The notes under the pieces were generated by a model, which had not been told where the DNA came from, searched no databases, and was given only the letters and a program-made list of their open reading frames with translations. Source: an uncultured Collinsella sp. (GTDB taxonomy: Bacteria > Actinomycetota > Coriobacteriia > Coriobacteriales > Coriobacteriaceae). Taken from it: a DNA stretch of 64,000 bases. This document shows positions 56,310 through 64,000 of the stretch, piece after piece; the stretch's first letter is position 1; each line of letters begins with the position of its first letter. The DNA is taken from positions 8,050 through 72,049 of the forward strand of contig CABUSD010000002.1 in assembly GCA_902494165.1 (NCBI GenBank), given 5' to 3'. Position numbers and translations under genes: made by a program.

Positions 56310-56786
56310 TTAGTGGCGACCGTGGTGGCGGAGCTTGTCGATGGTGGAGTCGGTGCTTCGGCTGCGGGCTTCGGCGGCACGGTCGCGGACTTCGGCAGCG
56401 GTTTGGCGCTTGCGACGGTAATCGATCATGCCTTGGATGATGGGCTTGCCAAAGCTCACGACATCATCGTTGTAGATGGCGGTTCGGGCTGCGAGGAGGC
56501 AGTCGGTAAAGTCCATATGGGTCTTGCCAAAGAGTTTGATGGCAAGGGCGACAACGGTGGGCTCGTCAACCATGACGTCATCGAGCAGCCTTCTCATGGC
56601 CGTAGCAATCTCAACGCGGGGAACCTTATAGACGTCGCGCAGCGTGACCACGACGCGCGTGATGATCTCGGGGTAGACACGAGCGGTGCGCGTGGCGATG
56701 ACCTTGGCAGCGCGAGGTGACAGAACTTCGTCGTCGTCAAGCAGGTAGCGTAGGATGACGGTCTCGTCGATGATGGTGCTACTCAT
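56310..56786 (-). CDS. PIN-domain (VapC-like) toxin with basic C-terminal tail
   Basis: 158 aa. N-terminal IIDETVILRYLLDDD (first acidic PIN residue), later ...DFTDCLLAA... Overlaps the upstream antitoxin gene by 8 nt. Confidence 0.6.
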   Translation of the reverse strand: MSSTIIDETVILRYLLDDDEVLSPRAAKVIATRTARVYPEIITRVVVTLRDVYKVPRVEIATAMRRLLDDVMVDEPTVVALAIKLFGKTHMDFTDCLLAARTAIYNDDVVSFGKPIIQGMIDYRRKRQTAAEVRDRAAEARSRSTDSTIDKLRHHGRH

Positions 56787-57102
56787 GGATATCTACTTCC
56801 TCGGGACCCAAAATCGAATCGTCGCTTTCTGTAGCAAGGTACTCAATCCAAGCATTGCGCTCCTCGGAGCGGCGATTGGGGTCCCCATATGCTTTGAGCG
56901 ATCTATAGGCGGCGGTGCCGTCCTTTGAGCGCACGCCGACCGGCTGAAAGGGAAGCTTGCGCATCAAAATGCTCTGCGCGACAAATAGACGGACGGCCTC
57001 GGCAAGCGATGTGCCCATGGCGTCGTAGAGGCGCTCGGCATGCTGTTTGTCCTCTTCGCGAATGCGCACCTGCAGGATGGCTCGTTTTTGCGTCGATGAC
57101 AT
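56779..57102 (-). CDS. RelB/DinJ-family antitoxin
   Basis: ILQVRIREEDKQHAERLYDAMGTSLAEAVRLFVAQSILMRKLPF is the RelB/DinJ ribbon-helix-helix pattern. ATG 57102 has RBS GGGAGGG. Confidence 0.7.
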   Translation of the reverse strand: MSSTQKRAILQVRIREEDKQHAERLYDAMGTSLAEAVRLFVAQSILMRKLPFQPVGVRSKDGTAAYRSLKAYGDPNRRSEERNAWIEYLATESDDSILGPEEVDIHE

Positions 57103-57529
57103 CACTGCCCTCCCTTAGCTAACGTGCAATATAGTCGGTCAAATGCGGCATACACCGACATCTTAGAATCTTATAACCTTTACTTTATTTTACTCAAGTA
57201 AATAACCATTAACACGAATACAAGCGTAGTACATCCAAAATGAGAGCGCGTAAAAATCTCTGAGGCGTACGCATGTAATACACTCACCTTTATAGCTTCT
57301 AGAGAATAATTCCAACCTGCCAAAACCCCTGCAATACACCCGTATTGCAGGGCCTATGCTCAAGTTTGCCCCCTGCAACTGCGTATTTTTAACCTGTATA
57401 TCGTTGGAGAAACTCTACCGAGTGCATGTTTCGCCGCATGCATTCGATACGTCGATGCCAGGCCACGGGCGGCTTGGGTCAATGTCGACAGGGTCTCTCC
57501 GACAAGGGATTCAGGAGGGAGTGAACAAC

Positions 57530-58048
57530 ATGGGTAATAAGCGAGTCGTAGCCGATTCTTCGCGCTGCATTGGGTGTCAAACCTGCATGGCGGCGTGTAT
57601 CGAGGCGCACGACATCCCCGGTAACATCGCCGCGCCGCGCCTGCGCGTGACGCGTACGTACGAGATCTCCGCACCGGTGGCTTGCCATCACTGCGAGGAT
57701 GCCCCGTGCGCGAAGGCCTGTCCTACGGGCGCCTTGTTCTTTGATCCAAAGAACCATCGCATCGGCGTCAACGAGGACAACTGCATCGGCTGCAAGAGCT
57801 GCGTCATGGCCTGCCCCTTTGGCGCCGTGAGCGTGGCGACCACGCAGGTCCCCGTCTTGATGGGCGACGTGCGCGTAGGTTCGCAGACTAAGAGCTTCGT
57901 GCTCAAGTGCGACCTGTGCGTGGACCGTCCCGGCGGTCCGGCGTGTGCCGAGGCTTGTCCGACCAAGGGCCTCACCCTGGTGGACGAGGAGCGCCTGGCG
58001 GAGCTGACTGCCGAGCGTGCCCGCGCCACCATCGAAAACGAGGCGTAG
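57530..58048 (+). CDS. 4Fe-4S ferredoxin-type electron-transfer subunit (HycB/FdhB-like)
   Basis: RBS CAGGAGGGAG. Four Cys clusters (CIGCQTCMAAC, CHHCEDAPC, CIGCKSCVMACP, CDLC...C). Confidence 0.85.
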   Translation: MGNKRVVADSSRCIGCQTCMAACIEAHDIPGNIAAPRLRVTRTYEISAPVACHHCEDAPCAKACPTGALFFDPKNHRIGVNEDNCIGCKSCVMACPFGAVSVATTQVPVLMGDVRVGSQTKSFVLKCDLCVDRPGGPACAEACPTKGLTLVDEERLAELTAERARATIENEA

Positions 58049-58124
58049 GCGGGCGGCCATACAAGCCCAACGATTGTCAAATACGTACCGATTAATCGGT
58101 AGCAGAGAAAGGAAGGAGGGTGTC

Positions 58125-60347
58125 ATGGAGAAGCATAAAGTGATCTGCCCGTATTGCGGCGCCGGTTGCCAGTTTAACCTCTTGGTCCAAAACGGCCAGG
58201 TCGTGGGTACCGAACCGCTCAACGGCATCACCAATCAGGGCGAGCTGTGCCTTAAGGGCATGAGCGGCTACGACTTCATCAACGACACCAAGATCTTGAC
58301 TCCTCGCGTACTGCACCCGATGATCCGCCGCACTAAGGGCGCGGATCTTGAGCGCGTAAGCTGGGACGAGGCACTGGATTTCACCGCATCTAAGATGCAG
58401 GCCATAATTGACGAATATGGTCCTAACGCTGTCATGACCACTGGCTCTTCGCGAGGCGGCGGCAATGAGGCGAACTACGTTATGCAGAAGTTTACGCGTG
58501 CGTGCATCGGCACCCACAGCGTGGACAACTGCGCCCGTACTTGACACGGCCCTACTGTCCTCGGTCTGATGGACACGGTTGGTTCAGGTTGCATGTCATG
58601 CTCCATCCCCGGTATGGAGGATGCGGGCTGCATTTTCCTCTTCGGCTATAACCCTGCCGATTCGCACCCCATCGTCGCAAGGCGTATCGTGCGAGCCAAA
58701 GAAAAGGGTTGCAAGATCATCGTCGCCGATCCGCGCCATATCGAAACCGCGCGTATCGCCGATCTCTACCTTCCGATCAAGAATGGTTGCAACGTCGCGT
58801 TCCTCAACGCCTTTGCCAACTGCTTGGTCAACGATGGCCTCTACGACAAGGAATTCGTCGCCGAGCACACGAACGGCTTTGACGAGTGGTGGGAGACCAT
58901 CAAGAACTACACTCCCGAATCCGTACAGGACATCACGGGCGTCGAGCCTGCGTTGATCCACCAAGCTGCCGAGATGTACGCCACGGCGAAGCCCTCTGCC
59001 ATTATTGGCTGGGGCATGGGCGTATGCCAGCAGAAGCAGAACCTGAAGACAGTGCACACCATCGCCTCCATCGCCTGCGTTGCCGGTCAGATCGGCAAAC
59101 CCAATTCCGGTCTCGCGCCCGTGCGTGGCCAGAATAACGTCCAGGGCTCCTGCGATATGGGCATGCTGCCCAACCTGTACCCTGGCTACCAGAAAGTCAC
59201 CGACCCGGCAGTGCGTGCCAAGTTTGCCAAGGCTTGGGGCGTGCCCGAGGAAAAGCTCCCGCTCGAGGAGGGCTACAAGCTCACCGACCTGGGCCACCTG
59301 GTCGACGAGGGCAAGGTGCACTGCTTCTACAACTACGGCGAGGACCCGGTGCAGACCGAGCCCGATTCGGCCGGAATGCGCAAGACGCTCTCCGAGCTGG
59401 ACCTGTTCATTTGCCAGGACATCTTTATGACGCAGACGACCATGCTCGCCGACGTCATCCTGCCCGCTACCTCTTGGGGCGAGCACGAGGGTGTCTTTAC
59501 CGCATCCGACCGTAGCTTCCAGCACTTTGACGCGGCTGTTCCGCCCAAGGGCGAGTGCCGCCACGACTGGGAGATCTTCGCGGACCTGTCTACGCGTATG
59601 GGCTATCCCATGCACTACGACAACACCGAGCAGATCTGGAACGAGTGCATTAGCCTGTGCCCCAACTTTGTGGGCGCGACCTACGAGAAGATGGCTCCCG
59701 AGGGCGGTTACGCCCAGTGGCCGGTCAAGAGCACCGATGTGAACGACCACGGTACGCCCGACATGTTCGCTGGTGGCAAGTTCACCACCAAGGACGGCCG
59801 CGCCAACCTGATGGCGCACGACTGGGAGGCGCCCTCCGAGCTTCCCGACGATGAGTACCCGCTCATTCTGTGCACCGTCCGCGAGGTCGGTCACTACAGC
59901 TGCCGCTCGATGACCGGCAACTGCAAGACGCTGGCGCTGCTCGCCGACGAGCCCGGCTTTGTCCGCATGAATCCCGCGGACGCCCAGGCGCGCGGCATCA
60001 AGAACGGCGACATCGTCTCGATTCATAGCCGCCGCGGCCAGGTATACAGCCGCGCCGACGTGAGCGATCGCATCAATAAGGGCACGGTCTACATGACCTA
60101 CCAGTGGTGGATCGGCAAGTGCAACGAGCTGACCATTCACAAGGTCGACCCGGTCTCGCATACGCCCGAGGACAAGTTCTCCGCCTGCCAGGTCGACGCC
60201 ATTGCCGACCAGGTTTGGGCAGAGGGCGAGGTAGAGCGTCAGTACACCGAGCTCAAGCAGGCTCTGGTGGACGCCGCTGCTCCCCAGGACGTTGAGCCCG
60301 GCGCCGCCAAGTTCGACGACGAGACGCACGTGAACCAAATCGTGTAG
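58125..60347 (+). CDS. fdhF: Formate dehydrogenase H (molybdopterin, selenocysteine-containing)
   Basis: RBS GGAAGGAGGG. N-terminal CPYCGAGC 4Fe-4S motif. In-frame TGA at 58542-58544 (codon 140) within VDNCART-U-HGPTVLGL, which joins ORFs 58017..58544 and 58569..60347. Confidence 0.92.
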
Positions 60348-60368
60348 TCCCGTTCTCGTTGGCTTTTT

Positions 60369-60411
60369 GGGCCGGGCGTCCCGTACGTTCGGGAGCCCGG
60401 CCCGTTATTTT
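60369..60411 (+). terminator. Terminator-like / attenuator hairpin between fdhF and downstream hydrogenase genes
   Basis: GGGCCGGGCGTCCCG-loop-CGGGAGCCCGGCCC followed by GTTATTTT. Confidence 0.5.
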
Positions 60412-60425
60412 GAAAGGAAGTGGGG

Positions 60426-61043
60426 ATGAACCGCTTCATCGACATCAACCCGGAGAGGTGCATCGGCTGCGGAACATGCCAGTCCGCCTGTGCCGACGCC
60501 CACCGGATGCAGGGTCTTCAGGATACGCCGCGCCTGGCGCTCGTGAAGACCGGCGGTATTTCGGCCGCCCTTGCCTGCCACCATTGCGAGGGTGCTCCCT
60601 GCGCCGAGGTTTGCCCGGTGAATGCCATCGAGCACGATGGCGATCGCATCCACGTCAAGGAGCAGGAGTGCATCGGGTGCAGGCTGTGCGCCATCGCGTG
60701 CCCCTTCGGAGCCATCCATCCCGATGGCACGTCTATCGCCGGTGTCGCAGGCATGTGCGACCCGACGCCTTCGTATCCTAAGTCCCTGAGCAGCCTGCTT
60801 ACGTGGGCTCCTGGCCAGTACACCTGCGCCGTCAAGTGCGACCTGTGTGCCTTCGATCCGGACGGCCCGCATTGTGTGGCGGCGTGCCCCACCAAGGCGA
60901 TGACCGTCATGGGCGGCGCGGCCGATCGCGAGCTCGACGAGGCCAAGCGCCTGCGCTCGATCGAAAACGGTCCAGTCGTCGACGTTACCGCTGTGGCCCA
61001 GGGCCTGTCCGAGAAAGCAGAAGGGAGCGTAAACAATGGATAG
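60426..61043 (+). CDS. hycB: 4Fe-4S ferredoxin-type subunit (HycB/HyfA-like)
   Basis: Motifs CIGCGTCQSAC, CHHCEGAPC, CIGCRLCAIACP, CDLC...C. RBS AAGGAAG. Confidence 0.85.
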   Translation: MNRFIDINPERCIGCGTCQSACADAHRMQGLQDTPRLALVKTGGISAALACHHCEGAPCAEVCPVNAIEHDGDRIHVKEQECIGCRLCAIACPFGAIHPDGTSIAGVAGMCDPTPSYPKSLSSLLTWAPGQYTCAVKCDLCAFDPDGPHCVAACPTKAMTVMGGAADRELDEAKRLRSIENGPVVDVTAVAQGLSEKAEGSVNNG

Positions 61044-63054
61044 CATGACGCTGTTTATCGCATCGCTTGCCGTCTCGTGCATCGGTGCGCTCGCCTCGGT
61101 TCTGCTGATCAAGGCCGATAACGCCGCCAAGACCGCCGGCTGCCTGATCGGCGCCGTCGCGGCCGTGCTGTCGTTCATCGCGGGCCTCGAGGCCGTGCTT
61201 GGCGACGTTTCGTCCCTCAACACGGTCTTCTTTTTCCCGTTCGCCCGTCTCGAGCTCTTGCTCAACGGCCTTGCGGGCCTGATCGTGGTCCTCATCTCAA
61301 TCCTCGCCTTTGCGGGCTTCATCTACGGTCTGTCCTACTTCGATGAGTACCCGGGCAAGGTCGGGCGCGCCGGTTTCTTCATGAACACCTTCGTCGCCTC
61401 GATGATGCTCGTCATCACCGCCGACAACGTGTTCTGGTTCCTGGTCGCCTTTGAGCTCATGTCCCTTACGAGCTACTTCCTTGTCGTTATCGAGGAGAAC
61501 AAGAACTCCATTAGGGGCGGTTGGCTCTACTTCGTCATCGCGCACGTGGGCTTTGTCCTTATCATGGCGAGCTTCCTGCTCATGACCAACTTCGCCGGCG
61601 GCTCGTTTGCCTTTGCGGATTTCCGCGCTACGCAGTTTAGCCCCGCGGTCGCATCTGTGTGCTTCGTGCTCGCCTTCTTTGGCTTTGGCGCCAAGGCCGG
61701 TATCATCCCGCTGCACGGCTGGCTGCCCAAGGCACACCCCGAGGCGCCGTCCAACGTTTCGGCCCTCATGTCCGGCGGCATGATCAAGATCGGTATCTTC
61801 GGCATCCTCAAGGTTGGTCTCGACCTGCTCTCCGCCTCGGGCGTTCAGTTCTGGTGGGGCCTTATGGTCATGGTCTTCGGTGCGATCTCGTCGGTCCTCG
61901 GCGTGGCCTTCGCCCTGCAGGAGCATGACATCAAGCGCCTGCTGGCCTATCACTCCGTCGAGAACATCGGCATCATTCTGCTCGGCGTCGGCGCCTCCAT
62001 GGCCGCCATGGCGCTCAACTCTGTCGGCATCGCCGTCCTGGCTCTGATGGCCGCCCTCTACCACACGTTTAACCACGCGATGTTTAAGGGCGAGCTGTTC
62101 CTGGGCGCCGGTGCGCTGCTGTACTCCACGGGTACGCGCAATATGGAGAAGATGGGCGGCCTGTTCCGTCGTATGCCGGCAACGGCCATCTGCTTCCTTG
62201 TTGGCGCGCTGGCCATCTCGGCCATCCCGCCCTTCAACGGCTTTGTGTCCGAGTGGTTTACCTACCAGTCGCTGTTTAACGCCGCCATGCAGGGCGACAA
62301 GGCCGTCATGATCGTGGCCGTGTTCGCTGCCGTCGCGCTTGCCATTACCGGCGCGCTGGCTGTCACGTGCTTCGTCAAGGCCTATGGCGTCTCCTTTGCC
62401 TCCGCGCCCCGCTCCGAGGCAGCGGCCAATGCCAAGGAGGTTCCCGCCCCCATGGTGTTTGCGCAGGGCCTGCTCGCGTCCATCTGCGTCGTGCTGGGCA
62501 TTGGCGCTCCCGTGATCGCGCCCGTGCTGGTCGATGTCGCCGCGTCCGTGCTGCATCCGTACGGTGGCGTGTTTGCCGCCGAGGGCATGGAGCTCATGAA
62601 CCAATACTCCGGCGCTGCCACCTCCACGCCCGCGATCGCCATTGCGCTCGTGGTGCTCGTTGGCCTTGCCTGCGGTTATCGCAAGCTCAAGACCGTCGGC
62701 AAGGTGCAGAAGTCCCAGCCGTGGGCATGCGGTTATGCTCCCAACGAGCATATGCCCGTCGTGGCCACGACCTTTGCCTCCGAGGTGTCCTGGTTTATGC
62801 AGCCGCTCTACACGCTGCGCGACCGCTGCACGGCCATCTGCTGGTCCATCGCGCACCTCTTCCAGAAGCTTACCGGTGTGGCCGAGGCTGTGGAGCCCGT
62901 ACCCGACAAGGTTCTCGTCGATGCCCCGCATAAGGGTGTCGAGAAGCTCGCCGACCTCGCGACTAAGCTCGAGGGCGGCAACTACAGCATCTATATCTGC
63001 TACATCGTCGCGGCACTCGTGGTGTTCCTCGTGCTCGCCGTGCAAATGGGTTAA
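61036..63054 (+). CDS. hyfB: Hydrogenase-4 component B-like membrane subunit (NuoL/HyfB/HycC family)
   Basis: 672 aa, polytopic. Antiporter-like motifs (...GWLPKAHPEAPSNVSALMSG...). Overlaps the hycB end by 8 nt. Confidence 0.85.
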   Translation: MDSMTLFIASLAVSCIGALASVLLIKADNAAKTAGCLIGAVAAVLSFIAGLEAVLGDVSSLNTVFFFPFARLELLLNGLAGLIVVLISILAFAGFIYGLSYFDEYPGKVGRAGFFMNTFVASMMLVITADNVFWFLVAFELMSLTSYFLVVIEENKNSIRGGWLYFVIAHVGFVLIMASFLLMTNFAGGSFAFADFRATQFSPAVASVCFVLAFFGFGAKAGIIPLHGWLPKAHPEAPSNVSALMSGGMIKIGIFGILKVGLDLLSASGVQFWWGLMVMVFGAISSVLGVAFALQEHDIKRLLAYHSVENIGIILLGVGASMAAMALNSVGIAVLALMAALYHTFNHAMFKGELFLGAGALLYSTGTRNMEKMGGLFRRMPATAICFLVGALAISAIPPFNGFVSEWFTYQSLFNAAMQGDKAVMIVAVFAAVALAITGALAVTCFVKAYGVSFASAPRSEAAANAKEVPAPMVFAQGLLASICVVLGIGAPVIAPVLVDVAASVLHPYGGVFAAEGMELMNQYSGAATSTPAIAIALVVLVGLACGYRKLKTVGKVQKSQPWACGYAPNEHMPVVATTFASEVSWFMQPLYTLRDRCTAICWSIAHLFQKLTGVAEAVEPVPDKVLVDAPHKGVEKLADLATKLEGGNYSIYICYIVAALVVFLVLAVQMG

Positions 63055-63066
63055 GGAGGGGAGAGC

Positions 63067-63993
63067 ATGAACAACATCGTACTTGCCGTTCTGCAGGGCG
63101 TGGTCGTTATGGCCGTCGCGCCGTTCTTCTCCGGTCTCGGTCGCGTTATCCGCGCCAAGATGCACAACCGTCGCGGCCCCAGCATCATGCAGGACTACCG
63201 CGACCTGGCCAAGCTCTTTGCGCGCCCCGAGTCCCAGAGCGAGGACGCGAGCTTTGCGCTGCGCATTATGCCGCCGCTGTTCTTCGCCGTCACCTTTATG
63301 CTCGCGATGGGTCTGCCGCTCTTTACGGCACAAAGCCCCATCCCGGTTTTTGGTGACGCCATCACCATCATGTACAGCCTGGCGCTCGCCCGCTTCTTCT
63401 TCGCCCTCTGCGGTGTGGATTCGTCCAACGCCTACGCCGGTATCGGCGGCGTTCGCGAGCTGCTCATGAGCGTGCTCATCGAGCCGTCCATGCTGCTGGC
63501 GCTGTTTGCCGCCGCCCTGGTGTGCGGCTCCACTGACATCGCCACCATGGGTCAGCACATCATGACGGGCGCCATCGACGCGCCGGTCGCCGTGATCCTC
63601 GCCGGCATCGCCTTTGCGATCGCCTGCTACATGGAGCTCGGCAAGCCGCCGTTTGACCAGGCCGAGGCCGAGCAGGAGCTTCAGGAAGGTCCGCTCGCCG
63701 AGCTTTCCGGCCCGTCGCTCGCCATGGCCAAGCTTGCCATGTCCATGAAACAGGTCCTGGTCGTCGCTTGGTTCTGCGCGATCTTCGTCCCCTGGGGCGA
63801 GCCCGCGACCGTGGGCGTCGCCGCCGTTCTGGGCGCGGTCATCTTCCTGGTGAAGTGCCTGATCGACTTTGTCGTATGCGGCGTGATCGAGAACTCCTGC
63901 TCGCGCTCGCGTTTTAAGGTGCTCGGCAATCAGACCTGGGCCGTCGTGGGCATCGCCGTTCTGGCGTTTGTCTTCGTGGTCGTCGGCGTGTAG
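63067..63993 (+). CDS. hycD: Formate hydrogenlyase subunit 4 (NuoH-like, HycD/HyfC)
   Basis: 308 aa, polytopic, with ...RKMHNRRGPSIMQ... and ...PFDQAEAEQEL (NuoH-type PFD..E.E motif). Confidence 0.85.
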   Translation: MNNIVLAVLQGVVVMAVAPFFSGLGRVIRAKMHNRRGPSIMQDYRDLAKLFARPESQSEDASFALRIMPPLFFAVTFMLAMGLPLFTAQSPIPVFGDAITIMYSLALARFFFALCGVDSSNAYAGIGGVRELLMSVLIEPSMLLALFAAALVCGSTDIATMGQHIMTGAIDAPVAVILAGIAFAIACYMELGKPPFDQAEAEQELQEGPLAELSGPSLAMAKLAMSMKQVLVVAWFCAIFVPWGEPATVGVAAVLGAVIFLVKCLIDFVVCGVIENSCSRSRFKVLGNQTWAVVGIAVLAFVFVVVGV

Positions 63994-64000
63994 GAGAAGG

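Noticed and set aside
57300-57345. Sigma-54 type -24/-12 promoter (TGCCAAAACCCCTGCAA) upstream of the FHL operon.
   Set aside because: The GG at -24 is replaced by GC and the spacing is off by 1-2 nt. There is no evidence that this lineage uses RpoN.
58596-63558. Very long minus-strand ORFs (580 aa and 753 aa) opposite fdhF and hyfB/hycD. There are likewise ORFs at 30634-32085 opposite rpsA, 35600-36973 opposite the MFS gene, and 23389-24693 opposite argG.
   Set aside because: These are high-GC antisense artefacts. The sense strands carry unambiguous conserved motifs, and the antisense products are Arg/Gly/His/Asp-rich with no recognisable domains.
1-64000. CRISPR arrays, IS transposases, integrases, rRNA genes, tmRNA, and retron/DGR reverse transcriptases.
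   Set aside because: No regularly spaced direct repeats, no DDE/serine/tyrosine recombinase-like ORFs and no RT motifs were seen in any frame. The only repeats found are the palindromic elements reported above.

Overview
High-GC (about 60%+) actinobacterial chromosome segment. The gene content looks Coriobacteriia/Collinsella-like, but that taxon call is inference only. Positions 1-13.36 kb are the right arm of a siphovirus-type prophage: head, head-tail connectors, major tail, frameshifted tail chaperone, tape measure, tail tip/receptor proteins, holin and amidase endolysin. It ends at a strong terminator next to thiD, and no integrase or att site is visible in the window. The rest is core chromosome. 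It carries thiD and thiC (the latter with a TPP riboswitch), yaaA, an M18 aminopeptidase, polA, a Cof-type HAD hydrolase, argG and argH (unusually split), ndk, rpiB, a CyuA-like cysteine desulfidase, rpsA, RNase P RNA and yigZ. Further on are metY, an MFS pump, xpt, an ArfB-like GGQ protein, a lipid kinase and a ClC channel. From about 40.8 kb to the window end there is a concentration of molybdenum and selenium genes. These are moeA-mogA, modABC (ModB carries an extra N-terminal domain), and a tightly packed 7-gene same-strand cluster. That cluster comprises a YjiM-like double-cubane/2-hydroxyacyl-CoA-dehydratase-family protein, its YjiL-like activase, a GT-B glycosyltransferase overlapping selD by 8 nt, selD with an in-frame UGA, yedF, a DUF3343 protein and a class-V cysteine desulfurase. 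After it come brnQ, tRNA-Pro and tRNA-Gly, a small accessory islet (AbiEi/DUF559-like gene plus a RelB-PIN toxin-antitoxin pair), and a formate hydrogenlyase operon whose fdhF has UGA at codon 140. The most interesting signals are the glycosyltransferase-selD coupling inside the Se cluster (a possible SenB/SenC-like selenosugar module) and a 69-bp palindromic intergenic repeat family with four copies of consistent polarity, two of which bracket the DUF559-like gene. Also notable are a 129-bp element with 33-bp perfect inverted termini and an Arg-rich upstream mini-ORF before argG. No CRISPR array, IS transposase or rRNA was seen. All product calls rest on motif recognition by eye, not on searches.
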